A DNA stretch of 64,000 bases from Tubiluchus corallicola. Lineage: Eukaryota > Animalia > Priapulida. Location of the stretch: assembly GCA_030141605.1 (NCBI GenBank), contig JAQGDQ010000535.1, forward strand, positions 1 to 64,000. Direction: 5' to 3'. The notes beneath the pieces were generated by a model that was not told the origin of the DNA, did no database searches, and saw only the letters and a list, made by a program, of their open reading frames with translations. The translations under genes were made by a program, and so were the position numbers. The number at the start of each line of letters is the position of its first letter. Position 1 is the stretch's first letter. Of this stretch, positions 36,800 through 49,915 are shown one piece after another.

Positions 36800-37070
36800 A
36801 CCAGACAGTTTAGTCTAGTGGTAATGCGTCTACTTTCCGTCTGGGAGGTCGTGAGTTCGAACCAGCGGCGGGTCATACCAAAGATTTTAAAATTGGTACC
36901 TGCTTTGCCCTGCGTGGTATTTAGGGTAAAAGTGGGGTAATAATAGTTATGTAGTTGTAGATTGTTATTTACAGTCCACGATAATAGCTCTTTGAGCTAA
37001 TGTTAATTGTTGACCCAAAAGCCGACTTTAAATAAAAATTATTATTATTATTGTTATTATTATTATTATA
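36800..37070 (+). mobile_element. tRNA-derived SINE with (TTA)n tail; reverse copies at about 51525-51770 and 63581-63911
   Basis: A box TAGTCTAGTGG, B box GTTCGAACC, body GGTCATACCAAAGA.TTTAAAA.TGGTACC shared by three copies. Confidence 0.85.
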
Positions 37071-37297
37071 GTAAAGCAAATGAAAAGGGTCTAAATAAAA
37101 CCAGTAGAAGTGCTAGCTGCAGCTGAGTAATTAGTTACAATGCAATAAATGTCTTTGTTATCAAGCATTTCAGCAAGCAAAACTAAAGGTCGTAGCAGCA
37201 ACATGCAAAACATACACGAATTTGCCGATCCGACAAACAATGCGAGATCATCAAACAAACTTGCACATCGTAACAGATCAGAGATTGGGCCAATAAT

Positions 37298-37825
37298 CAG
37301 GGATGAGAGTTACAAGTTGCAAAAAACTCTGAAACAGGCCGGGGGTTTGGGGGCCGCATAGGAGCCCCCTTGGAGCCAGCAACAAATTACAATTTTGTGA
37401 CCATTGAGAGCCTCTAAGTGGACTTAAAATATCAATTACCTTGTTTCATGCATAATTTAAATATGCCCAACTATCAAGGATACATGATACCTAATTGTCT
37501 GCAAAAATGCCTAAGTACTGGCCGCTCCTATGTAAAAGTATACAAAAACTGTCTGCAATTGACTCAAATAACTCAGCACAATTGATTCTATATTTTTATG
37601 CATAGAGATATACACGTGGTTACACTGAATTAATGATGTAAGCAAAATGACAGCCCGCCAACCAGTGGTCAGTTTGCAAAACAAACGGACGGTGTCCGTA
37701 GTATGTGGGACTTTTTAACGGTCCAGATTTTGTCCTACTCTTCCGGTATCCGTAAAAGCGAGGTCCGGCAAACCGAGATACGGGTGTAGGGCTTTACATA
37801 CAGAAGGACAAAAATGCCATAATTA
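37298..37825. mobile_element. Chimeric MITE: hAT6-like left end, ATCTCGGTTTGCCGGAC-family right end
   Basis: Left part matches 41726 onward; right part matches 53040-53200. Confidence 0.65.
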
Positions 37826-38122
37826 TATTTTATTTTAACGTCCCACAATCACAACATAAACAGCAGTTACTGTGGCAGCCATATATAATACCCCCATCAT
37901 ATCAAGTCAAGTCTGATATCAGATTGGATCGGCCAACAGCAACAGCTAAAAATAATCTGTAACGGATCGGGACACAGGTTCCCACATCGGCACATCCCTG
38001 AAAACAAACGAGCGCAAAAAATAGACGCAGGGAATTTTGGGATAGACGGAAATGGTTAAAAGCCATCAGAACACTGGTCCCATGCACAGGTAAAGATTGT
38101 GGAGGTCAGACAATCGTTAGTA

Positions 38123-39138
38123 TAGTAAGTCCTCGTTTAGCGACGCCCCGTTTAGCGACATTTCGTTTTAACAAGGATTCTTTTACTTTGCCAGACCCAA
38201 TTTTTATTTTATCAACAACGTTTTTTTACCTAATTTGAAGCATTAAAACATTACATATTCTGTTATTGTGTTCTAAAAATGTGCTAGTAACCCAAACAGA
38301 ACAACTATACATTTTTGCTTCCTGGCTGACCACTAAATGCGGCTGACCACTAGCCATTTGTGTCAAGCGAGACCTAGGACCAAAGTTTGTATAAGGAATT
38401 TTGCTTGCAACTTGTTGCCGTAGTAACCAGACAAGATGAAATTCCCAAGGTCGCCCGGCACTTGGCTTTGACTCCTGCACTGTTTATTGTTTAACTGCTG
38501 CCTACACTTAAATGTTAACGAAAGAGAAACCGCTAGGTACGTAAGTAAGACACTTACTTAACACAAGCAGAAAGAAATTAATCAGTAGAAACATGAATAA
38601 AACGATTAATTTTTATAAATTAAAATATTATAAACTAAAAATGCATTAGTAACCTAAACAGTGCAATTATTATTATGCTTTGCTTTCCCGACTAACTACG
38701 TACTAAATTCTAGCCGTTTGTATGAAGCGCCACCCGAGTTTAAACTTTATGCCGAGAAATTTTGTCTGAAACCTGTTGCTATAACAACCAGATTAGCACT
38801 ACATGAAATTGTCTCAGGGTCGTTTCGTGCAGAGCTTAGTTTTCACTATGGAGAGTTTAACAAGCAGTGTTTAAACAGAAGGAGAAATCGCTAGCAAGTC
38901 TAGCTAGATATTGGTACGAAAGATAAGTGATTTCAAGCAAACAGAAAGAAATTAATTAGCAGAAATATGAATAAAACCTTTAATTTCTATGATTTAAGAA
39001 GCACTGATTTTTGTCTCTGGAATGCATCTCAATTGTTTTACATTAGTTTCTAAGGAAGTCTTGGCTTCGTTTAACGGCGTTTCGTTTAACGTCGCGTTTT
39101 GTCGGAATGCGTTAGCGTCGTTAAGCGAGGACTTACTG
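38123..39138. mobile_element. Tc1/mariner (pogo/Tigger-like) MITE with TA TSD; fragments near 13640-13930 and 53457-53625
   Basis: TA|TAGTAAGTCCTCGTTTA ... TAAGCGAGGACTTACTG|TA. Confidence 0.8.
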
Positions 39139-39318
39139 TAAGTGGAAAAGTACGTCAGCCAATCAGATGGCAGCATAGTGAAACAAGCATTTGAATTTTT
39201 AATATTTTTTTCCCATAAAAATGTTTTGCGGGTTAAAGACTGTTATGGAGTTCAACGTTCTTGTTTAACCTGCTTAGAAATTGTCGTTTAAGACAAAGTA
39301 ATATGCATTTCAATACGA

Positions 39319-39723
39319 GCAGCACCTCTAAGGAACACCGAAGAGAAGAAAATGGATGTGGCGGAGATGAGGATGTTGACATGGATGGTGGGAATAACAA
39401 GAAGGGATAAAATCAGGAATAGTAATATCAGAGGAACAGTGAAAGTAGTGGAAGCGTCGAAAAAGATACAAGAGGCAAGATTGCGATGGTATGGGCAGCT
39501 GAAAAGAAGAGTCAGGGAAGATCACGTGGGAAGGGAGGTCATGGAAATGGAAGTGCTGGAAAATAGAAGAAGAGGATGACCCAAGCTGAGATGGATTGAA
39601 TGTATTAACGGAGAACTTAGAGAGAAGAACATAAATGAAGAGATGGTCAACAACAGGAATGCATAGAGAAGACTTATTCACAGCGGCGACCCCGCATAGG
39701 GAAAAGCTGGGAAGAAGAAGAAG
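39319..39723 (+). mobile_element. 5'-truncated RTE-clade retroelement with (GAA)n tail
   Basis: 19-bp TSD AATATGCATT(T/A)CAATACGA; EMRMLTWM.GITRRDKIRN..RLRWYG peptide. Confidence 0.85.
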
Positions 39724-40059
39724 AATATGCATTACAATACGAAAGCAAGAAAGTTTCAAAAAACTGTCAACAGATGGCGCATGCGGTCAGGTCTGATTCC
39801 TGTCACATTTGCTCCCCGTGTTACACGCATTCACGGTTTCACACAGATTCCACAAACAACGTAAAAATCATCGCAAAAATTGTGCAAACTTATAAAACGA
39901 AAACTCTCCCCAAAACACAAGCAAGCTTCACACAGAGTGACAACGTCTCACACGGGTGACGTGCTACACGGCTCAACACATACATGCAACTCACGTGTTT
40001 TCTCTGCGGTCTCCACACGTCTACCGGCTACGTAAAAAGCAAGCAAACTGATACTTTAC

Positions 40060-40228
40060 CCGTCTTACCGCGCTCGCTCAGCGGTTTCCCGTGTTCCTTC
40101 AGCGCCTCCTGGATGGTCTGTATCTGCTGAGAGACGGCGGACAACATCCGCTCTTCCAGACGATTGAATTCGTCAAAGCAACCCCAAGCGCCAACTTGAC
40201 ACAAGCCGACGAAGATACGCCCCATTGC
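40060..40228 (-). CDS. DYNC1H1: Dynein heavy chain exon 13 (AAA1 Walker B); alternative donor would end it at 40069
   Basis: [26 protein letters not shown]...; two phase-1 donors 9 nt apart. Confidence 0.92.
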
Positions 40229-41035
40229 CTAGAAAACAAACAGAAACAGGTAAACAAATTATGATATTACCAATGCCATAAGGCATGTTCACACTAGAGG
40301 GTTTTCTTGCCAAGTAACTCATGTGTTCAAACAGTTTTTCCTTTTGCATACATGTCTTTGCCTCTTTATAGTTTTGCTGTAATCAGTGAATGAACGAATG
40401 GATGAATGAATGAATGAATGAATGAACAAACAAACGAACGAATGAATACTGTATTATAGTTCATATTATTGATTATAAGTTAAAATGAACCTGCTTTACT
40501 TGCAAATACAAATTAGGAGGTTCGCGTTTTTATCACGTGAAAACTTTTGTGCGCGATCTTAATTACTTACTTATTTTAGTTACTTTCTTAATGCTTACAA
40601 TGTAGTGAGGCACCACTAATTATTTATACAAAATCTCTGAACATATATAGCCGAAAAAGAACTAGTACTTAGTTAGTTAAAGATATACTTTTTCTGATGT
40701 CTAGGATGTCTGATGTACAGGCAAACACAGTCAGCAAAATGGACAATGATTTCACTCAGAAACAATTGCGAGGTATTTTCAATGAGTTGCTTAGTAGTTC
40801 AAAAATTCGTCATGGTTTTTGGTTTTTGTTTTTTTTGCTGTTGTTGTATTTTTGTTTTTGTATTTCTGCACGTTTATGTATTTTTTAATATAGTTGTGTC
40901 TGCTGTCATTAGCATCTTTTTGTTTACTGTCCTTTGACAAGGGTGGTTGACTCGTTCGCCACCCTTTCTCCCATGTTCGTTTGTATTTTTGTGTATTTTA
41001 TTGTCAAATCATTGTGTATTTATGGAGGAAAATAA

Positions 41036-41156
41036 AATTACTATTACTATTACTATTACTATTACTATTACTATTACTATTACTATTACTATTACTATTA
41101 CTATTACTATTACTATTACTATTACTATTACTATTACGATTACTATTACTATTACT
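41036..41156. repeat. (ATTACT)n microsatellite
   Basis: Seen directly. Confidence 0.95.
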
Positions 41157-41725
41157 AGGAATGAAAGTGCCAGGCTAAATGAAGCAGGTGTAATGCACAT
41201 AGGGACATTCTGTTAAAACATCAGTAGAGACTTGAAGCCATTGGCAGCTCATAGCTACGATTAGTGGTGGTGCTCTTTCAGAAAATTTTTAGCCATTGTA
41301 TTAATACTGTGTAAAACAAACGACGTACATAATTTTAATGTTGAAATTGTAAACATACGAAAGGTGATACACAAAATTGATAAAATCCTAAATAAAAAAA
41401 TTTTTTTGCTTAGTAATAGCCTAAATTGTTGCAGTTTAAGCTTCATCATTCACGGTAAGCACGTGACAACTGACAACAAACTGTGTAAGTGACAGTACTT
41501 TTTCTACCCGGCTCAGACATGGGCAAACGGCGCATGCGCACAGCAGCCAAACACCACGTTGATGGATCACACTGAACCGAGCTGTGAAGCAAACAGTACT
41601 ACCCTCACGTGCTCTGGTTCCGTACAAGTATAAAGAAAACTGACTGATTATATTGAATATTATCGATAATATCGAGTGAAAATGGGAGTGCTGCAGTTCC
41701 ACAGTACCTACACGAACTGCCACTG

Positions 41726-42188
41726 CAGGGATGAGAATGACAAATTGCAAAAAACTCTGAAACAGGCCGGGGGGGGGGGGGATTTGGTGCAATTTTGTGA
41801 CCATAGAGAGCCTCTAAGTGGACTTAAAATACCAATTACCTTGTTTAATGCATAATTTAAAATACCCAACTATCAAGGATACATGATACCTAATTGTCTC
41901 AAAAACGCCTAAGTACTGGCCGCTCCTATGCAAAAGTATATAAAAACTGTCTGCAATTGACTCAAATAACTCCTCACAATTGATTCTATATTTTTATGCA
42001 TAGAGATATACACGTGGTTACACTGATGCATGTGATGTAAACAAAGTGACCGCCTGCCACCTAGCGGTCAGTTTGTGAAATGATGTACTGGATCCATAAA
42101 AATTTTTTCAACGAATTTACGCGATTTACAAAAATGGCACTACTGGTCTTCCAAAAACTCAGAATTCCGGGGAAAATTCTCATCCCTG
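41726..42188. mobile_element. CAGGGATGAGAAT-TIR MITE with perfect 6-bp TSD (hAT6-like)
   Basis: CCACTG|CAGGGATGAGAAT ... ATTCTCATCCCTG|CCACTG. Confidence 0.8.
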
Positions 42189-42260
42189 CCACTGGTCATC
42201 TATGATGTGATTATTAGCAAAGCAAGTTAATATGAGAAACAACAAGACGTATCAAACTCA

Positions 42261-42389
<129 letters not shown>

Positions 42390-42650
42390 TTACAGCGACT
42401 GTGTACGTCCTAGCATCACGGTTTCCATGACAACTAGTGAGCATAGAAAGATTGTATGGCTGCTTGGCATGTCAAATGTATTCAGCTATAATTACTTATA
42501 AAAAGTGGAAAAATCAAGCAAGCGTTGACCATTTTTTTCAGAACCTAAATGTCAACGGTGTTATATTTAAAAAAATGCTATTAAATAAAATTCGCGCCTC
42601 TAAGACCAATTTTAAGTCAATCGCATCACGCAAGGCAAAGAACCATTTCT

Positions 42651-43160
42651 CTGCTTGCATAGCAAAATCGTCCGTAAGTCGGCAAAGCAAAATCACCCAT
42701 ACGTCGGCAATAAAGCTATTCCAGTTATTCATATTTTCTAAATCTCCATTTCATGAAGATCATTTTGATACCAAACTCATCGCTCTATGTTATTTTTAAG
42801 CTGAGATAATCCACATTGAAGTTGAGGTGCAGGCTGCACACTGAAAAACGTATCCTTGAGAAAATCACTGTTAAAGTCAGCCATTGTTTTTTGTCGTGTT
42901 TCTACAAAACACTTAGCAACCGCACAAATGTTGGTTGCTACGGACTTTGCAAGAACGCATTCAAGTTATGTTTGAATCCAGCAGATGGCTCTTCCTGACG
43001 AAGATCTGGGCTTGGCAACAGAAAAAACCAGAAACAAAATGACCGAGTGCACGAGCTAAAATCGGAATTTGAAGATACAAGTTTTTTACAATTGCATTCT
43101 ACTTTGAAGCATCATAGTTTTAACTATGCCGAGTTATGGACGATTTTGGTTTGCAAACAC
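42651..43160. mobile_element. MITE family with TGCTTGCATA(C/G)CAAAATCGTCC TIRs (also 56507-57115 and partial about 2670-3040)
   Basis: Inverted termini of about 33 bp and shared GATGGCTCTTCCTGA interior. Confidence 0.7.
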
Positions 43161-43169
43161 ACAGTCCAA

Positions 43170-44210
43170 AACTTCTTTCGACTTAAAGACAAAATATCCA
43201 CATTCTTACAATTTTACAATACTGCCTACCTTGGCAAAAAACGCCTAAATATTAAAGTAAGAATTTGTAAACAGCTGGATATTTCATCTAGAACTGGCAA
43301 AAAATTAAAAAATTTCTCCTCAATCCATCATTAATGACCATATTTATGTCTCTGGGCCACAAAGCTGATTTTAATAATTTCAGCATCGTGACCAAAGCTA
43401 CAAATAACTGGGACTTGTGCAACGTAGTTCAATTCGTTTAACTTTATTTTCAAACACTTAGCTATTTATTACCGTATCAATTTCTTTTCTACGGGTCTGT
43501 TAATTCATTACATAGTTATCTTCTTCGTAAATATATAATTAGCAAATTTCTGTACTGTAGGTTCTGCCTAGAAAACTAGCTGTTTGTTTGTATAACGCAG
43601 GGGTGTGCAAATTATCTGACTAGCCGGGCAACATTAAACTTTCCCGCAATTCCTGCGGGTCACATGCAGTTTGATCAAGGAGCCAATTACATAAAAGCCT
43701 AATAATGATTTTTTTTTGCATCAGACCTGCATACATCATTACTACTACACTCAAGAAACTATTTTAGAAGTTATTAAAATTTATATTACAAACCATGTAT
43801 CTCTACTTTCGGGACAGATAGTGGTAATTTCATTACAATGCATATTAGTAATGTGTATCACACAGTCTGTGTAGCACAGTGACATTAAGCTACAACCATC
43901 TTGTAAGGATTAATGGCATCCGATCTAGCAGAAAAAACTACCCGCACTATCTTTGGGATCGTGGCATGGACTTCAACTGGATACACTCAATTAATCGCCC
44001 GGGCCGCACTTTCATTAGGTTGACAAATCTCTTCGCGGCCGCCCAAATTCTCTCGGCAGGCCGCAAGTGGTCCGCGGGCCGCAATTTGTACACCCCTGGT
44101 GTAACGTATCACTGACGATGACCGCAGGATGCAGTCAAAACGTTCGGAGACATGCTTTTTAACATTTTATCAGCTTTTAAGAAGCTGTTTTATTTTTAAG
44201 ATTTCAAAAA
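43170..44210 (+). mobile_element. Decayed Penelope-like element end, interrupted by a hAT MITE
   Basis: AYLGK...KVRI..QLDISSRTGK resembles a GIY-YIG end; CTGACGA-stem-(G>A)AAACG hammerhead-like core at 44112-44146. Confidence 0.5.
43598..44098. mobile_element. hAT MITE with 8-bp TSD
   Basis: GTATAACG|CAGGGGTGTGCAAA ... TTTGTACACCCCTG|GTGTAACG; second copy 59212-59679. Confidence 0.85.
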
Positions 44211-44862
44211 TTATTAAAGGACGTCAATTAACAAGAAATATATAGAAATTTGCTAAGGCTGGGCTAAGGGTGGAGGCTTGAAGAGCCGAACAAGAGTAAA
44301 ACACCAACGTCGATTGAGTGCCTAATCAAAAAAATTAATTTGATAATGAATTATGTTCTGGTCTTGCCACACACAGATTACAATGCGTCAAACTGTTAAT
44401 GAAATTAATGAGTTACGATCACAGTAGATTCATTGTTTAGCTGCCTGGAAAATAAGCGTTTTCACAGGTCAAGCGATTGAAAAGGTTAAAGGTTAAATGT
44501 AGCAGACAACGCATTTGTGTAGTTAATACTTTGCAGATTGTGCTGTTGTACTAGTAACAGCTTTAACAGCTAGCTAGAACCTTAACTAGTTCATTTTTTC
44601 TTGTTTCCGAGCAAAATCCTGCTAGTACATCACTCTATGCACAGACTAATGCATAACTAACAAAAGTCCACTTAAAACAACTGAAGTTACTAAACTGATG
44701 CAGCAGATGGCTTTGCTTTACCCACATGTCACGTGACAGTTGTAGTTAAGATGCGCTGGAGTGATACACTTAACCTTTGACCTACTGAGGCAACTGAGCG
44801 TGTGAACAACGAAACTGTGAAAAGGCTTATTCACTAAATTTAGCAGGCTCATTGATACTCAC

Positions 44863-45145
44863 CGAACGGCGACCCACCCAAGCGACTTTCCAAAGCCTGC
44901 GTCATGGTCAGATAGCAGCGATCAGTCAGCGGTGTCTGGACGAGCTTGTCCTGCGCGCCGAGGTACTCGAATCCGTAGTTGAACTTGGCATTCGCCATGT
45001 GGATGGACAGCTGCTGCAAGACCTCCGCGTTCTTCGGGTCAAAGTAGAAACGCATCTGCTTGAGCCACTCGAAGTTGCGCGGATTGTTGACTCGAAGTTT
45101 GATGAGCGTACGCGTCACGTCTCTCTGATGTACCAGCTCTGTTAT
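44863..45145 (-). CDS. DYNC1H1: Dynein heavy chain exon 11
   Basis: [44 protein letters not shown]; phase 0/1. Confidence 0.96.
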
Positions 45146-46254
45146 CTGTTAAACAAAAACATGGTGATTTCTTTACATTCTGTCTCGCCGTTTTGAAGTA
45201 TGCTAAAAAAAAGCTGTACATTCCTAATAATTAAATAATAGGCTAAGACCTTAATCAATGGTGACCAAGCCCAGCTAATTATGACATCACAAACTAACGT
45301 AATTTTCAACAGCAAAAATATTCCACAAGCATTGTTGCAGGTGCAAATGTTTTGGTCCATTACCGCTTCTCAAGGTAGTATATGCATTAGAAGCCACAAT
45401 ATATTAGACCGTAGTTCAACAAGCTAGATACTTTTTCTACTCTGACATTATATAGGTGGAACTTGTCATGTACACACGTCTTTGTTACATTTAAAAATTG
45501 ACTTATAATTATACTGCTAACTTTTACTGACATTCTGGCTTTTCCTCGACTCAATATTGGACCAACAATGTATGTATGCATTTTAGCTTTTTAGTGTGAT
45601 GTAGTAATATGTAGCACTTATTTTCTAGCACTTTTATTTCAGTAGATTTGTAGATGTAGTAATTGTAGAAGCGTGTTGCACGTGTTTGTGAAAGCGACAA
45701 TTGAAGTACAGTGCCACACAGTAAGATATTCAGCGTGTTGTACTAAAAGTAGGCAAGTTTTAAAACAAAAATTAAAATTTCAAATTTACCGCTGTGCTCA
45801 TGCATGAGTTGTCAAATGTGTGTAGTAACTGAGAGGTACAGCACCTGTTTTTTGAGCAATGCGTTTCCGAAATGCAGGTGCTGGTTCCCGTCTAACTATC
45901 GAATGGCGAAGTGCATGTAACAGCGAAGAGCTAGTGGCGCGAACGCGAAATTGGGTTTGTGTGGTAATAATTTTTGCACGCAAGTCATTTTCGAAAAAAA
46001 TCAGTATGTTTCCTTAAAATATTGCAATTGCTTTTTATTGGGTCGCAACACATTTGCATTTATATATATAGGCAAACACGGCGTGAGGTTTTTCTTGTAC
46101 AGAAACAGTAAAAATTATTTGTATTATGTTCATTGTAAGTCCTTTCACTATATTTCGTACAAAAAAGTCAATTGTAAATGTGTTATGTGAAATAAATGAC
46201 TAATGACTTCAAATAAAATCAAATGACTTATGACTTTCAATAAATCAAATCACA

Positions 46255-46660
46255 TATGTACTCCCCCTTCCAAAAACAAATATAATGAAACAGTCATCAA
46301 AATATAATGTTATTAAAATATGGTCATCAATTCCGCGTGAAATGAAAACTCTTGATCTTTATCAATTTAAAAAAGCATCAAAGAATTACCTATTACAACG
46401 GTATAATTAACTCACAATTTTACTCATCCTGATCTTAAGTTACTAACAAAACTTATTTTGTTCTAATGTTCATTATAACTGATGAAAATGCAATGTTAAT
46501 TGTCAGCTGTTTCACTTATCTGGAGGAGGACTCGAAAGCTCAATGCTCCTTCCTCCTCCTCACAGTAACTCGCATAGTTTTTTTTTCAATGTAATATCAA
46601 TTTATATGTATGTTTGAGTTGCTGAGGAATAAATTCATAAATCATAAATTCATAATTCAA
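46255..46660 (+). mobile_element. L2/CR1-group LINE 3' end
   Basis: KY..IKIWSSIP..FKK..KNYLL-like peptide, then AATAAA and an AAATCAT-type repeat tail. Confidence 0.5.
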
Positions 46661-46836
46661 ATCTAGGATGGAATGTTTATTATATTCTATTGTTATGTTT
46701 GTTTTACATAATTTTCCTTTCTTTATTGCCTTATTTTGATCATTCCATTTAGGGAATTAACTAAAACTGCGGTAAGTGTCATCTTTTTTCCCGTTATTAC
46801 AATATTAATTTATAAGGGGGGGGAGTAAAGGAAAGC

Positions 46837-47234
46837 TGTGTTAAATAATGATTTTGATTAAATTATTAAATTAATAATTCAAGATTAAATGCTTGGCGAT
46901 GCAAGATTAAACGATCGTCGTGGATAGAAGCCTAGTTAGGTGTGGCATCACGTGATCAGCTGATGTTCGACCGGCTGACTCAGAAGTAAAGATTGATGAT
47001 GTAATCCTTATGCGCAGAAGTTCACGGCGCATTAGGTAGTTAGACAAAAGTGTTTTGAGGCCCGCACCTCGGGGGAGATTAGGAACTGACTTGAAGACGG
47101 AGGGCTGGCATTACTATCCTCTTATATTTACCGTGTTGTGTTTGATATTTAATAAATGTGTAGTTTATTAAATAAAGTCTTGATAGTTTGCCATGCCCAT
47201 CGTGGCTCCCTCACACGCCACGCAATAAACAACA
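46837..47234 (+). mobile_element. Possible LTR remnant
   Basis: Purine tract AAGGGGGGGGAG upstream, TG start, internal AATAAA, AACA end; no TSD found. Confidence 0.35.
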
Positions 47235-47456
47235 ATAATCAGTAAGCAGCATTAACCACAAGAATAAATAAACTTTAATCAAATTATTTTACTGGGGGGA
47301 GGCGGGCGACTAGATGACCTACGGTCATTTCCCTCACCCCATCTCCATGGATAAAGTAAAGTTTTTCAGCAAAATGGAGTTTGTGACACATTATTGGGGA
47401 AAATAAACGTCTGTGTCTATGTCCAGGTAAGAAACTATTCAAAGCCTCTTACTTAC

Positions 47457-47660
47457 CAAATGCTCTAACTTCTTCCTGCGCACTGGAGGCTGTTCTTGCA
47501 GTACCGAATCGGCCAGAACGTTCAACGTACTCTCCACGGTGTTCAGTACGGTGGTCAGCGGTGCGAGATTCTCCTTGTCCTTCTGATTGGAGATGGTCTG
47601 CAATGCCGCCTCCACGAGCTCTGACCACGATATCTGAGCCGACAGAACCACTATCTGCGC
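47457..47660 (-). CDS. DYNC1H1: Dynein heavy chain exon 10
   Basis: [13 protein letters not shown]...RRKKLEHL; 204 nt. Confidence 0.95.
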
Positions 47661-48447
47661 CTAGAGGAATAGAGACGTGACATTTAATACGCACGCGTTG
47701 ATTCAAAGATTGGTTCAGCAAAGGAAGTTAAAAAAGAATGCAAATAAAATACAAAAGCAAACATAGTTACCACTTTTCTTGTAAAACGAAAAAACAGAAT
47801 CAATCTCGCCTGCTATGTATATGTGGCAATGAATGAAAGTAGCTTTAGTCTCATGGCACGTACTGACTTGCGAGCTTTCTTACCAAACACATTCATATCT
47901 CGGTTTTACGGATATTGGAAGAATTGGACAAAATCTGGACCGTTAAAAAGTCCCGCATACTATGGACACAGTCCGTTGTTTCGCGAACTGACCACTAGTT
48001 GGTGGGCCGTCGCTTTGTTTACATCATTACATCAGTGCAACCACGTGTATATTTCTATTACATAAAAATATAGAATCAATTATGCGGAGTTATTCGAGTC
48101 AATTGCGGACCGTTTTTATATATTTTTTGCATAGGAGCAGCCCGTACATTTTAGACGTTTTTGAGACAATTAGACGATTGATTTTGCATTGCAGTGAGTC
48201 TAATACGTCGCGCCTACTGTATTAGCTTAGTATCGGTAAATATGGACAATCGGTAACTTTGGACTGATGTCCCCCGCTTTTGTCCGGCAAACAGAGATAT
48301 TAGTGTAACATCGATACGTAACTCGCGAGCGTGTTCAGACTAGAGATTAAAACTTGCTTCGAGCTACTTTTCGACAGTAAGAGCGAGCTAACGTTTATTT
48401 CTCTATTCTTTGCAAGACGTGACAAGAGTAACTTGCAGAAGTGTTCA

Positions 48448-48752
48448 CACTAGACAGTAACTCACAGGAAATCAACTAGCAACAGCTGTTGGAGAGTTTG
48501 CAATTTATTGCCGACAGTAACTCGCACTAGACAGTAACTCACAGGAATTCAAATAGCGGCAACTGTTGGAGAGTTTGCAATTTACTGCCGACAGTAACTC
48601 ACACTAGAGAGTAACTCACAGGAAATCAACTATCAGCAACTGTTGGAGAGTTTGCAATTTACTGCCGACAGTAACTCGCACTAGACAGTAACTCAAAGGA
48701 AATCAACTAGCAGCAACTGTGTGTTTGCAATTTATTGCCGACAGTAACTCAC
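48448..48752. repeat. 77-bp tandem repeat (about 4 units) inside a probable MITE (TTCAGACTAG ... CTAGTCTGAA, about 48330-48795)
   Basis: CACTAGA(C/G)AGTAACTC at 48448, 48525, 48602 and 48679. Confidence 0.85.
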
Positions 48753-48890
48753 AAAGCGGTTCACACTTGTAACTCGCTAGTCTGAAAGCAACCTTAGTAG
48801 CATTTTCAAACATAATCGACGAACACTATGCGAAACACGGAAATTTACATAAAATGAAACATTTCAAGATAAATCAGTAAAACACAATAC

Positions 48891-49076
48891 CTGATACTTA
48901 TCAACCCAAGCGATGTATTGCGACGCATCAATCTCACCCGTGCGGAACGTTGCCACGTCGACGACGGCTTGAGCGAGAAGCTGCGCAAGCGTCACCCGCA
49001 TCTCCTTTTCAACCATCGTCAGCCATTCGTTGATCTTGGGGTATTGTTCAATAGACACGGGTGTAATGAACGGAAC
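48891..49076 (-). CDS. DYNC1H1: Dynein heavy chain exon 9
   Basis: [22 protein letters not shown]; AAG acceptor; 186 nt. Confidence 0.94.
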
Positions 49077-49794
49077 CTTGGGAACGAGGAATACATTAAA
49101 GCACAAGACAACACTTTTCATAAATAAAGCTTAAAAATTTTGTCTAGAAATTTTGCATCACTTACAAGTTGACTGATTGCATACGGGCTTGTATTTGCAG
49201 TAACACTGTAAATTTAATCTCCCGTGATGGCCCCTAGGCGCAGCCATTTTGATGACAAGTCATGTGAAACAAGTTTAGATAACAACATGTGAAGTTTGAA
49301 AAAATAATCAGAGCATTCGTAGCACACTATATATTAGATAATTCGCGTTGGTTATACACAGAAGAAAGCCGATGTACAAACTCAAATAATGCATTAAAGA
49401 TAAAAAAGCAATGGATTTATTGAAAATATAATTTAAATCCAACTCTTGACGAGGCTTATCTTGATTACAGACGGAATCAATACCAAAACACCCAAATGGT
49501 CCAATAATGACCCATGTGACTAATGTTGCCTATTTGTGTATTCGGTTTTGAATTGACCAGCTTTCTCGTTCAAAAATTTCTAAAGTTTAGCATCTATGCC
49601 AGGCACACACACAATCTGAACCACAAATCCGCAACGCGTTTGCCATATTTCAACCAGTGATTTGCAGTGTCATGTGATTATCACAAGAGCGGAAATCTTC
49701 GCAGCCGGCAATAATGTCGGCTAGCTCGACTCCCATCAATGAGCGGCTGGCACGACTAACGCTAAGTTTCTTATCAGCTAGGTTGACCTAGAAA

Positions 49795-49835
49795 TGAGAG
49801 AGAGAGGGAGGGAGGGAGGGAGGGAGGGAGGGAGG

Positions 49836-49915
<80 letters not shown>

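Noticed and set aside
36800-36880. tRNA gene
   Set aside because: No convincing acceptor stem; it runs into a body and (TTA)n tail found in three copies, so it is a SINE head.
43879-44115. Duplicated ORF pair (also 59459-59713) as a small gene family
   Set aside because: Both lie inside copies of one hAT MITE and start at GTG.
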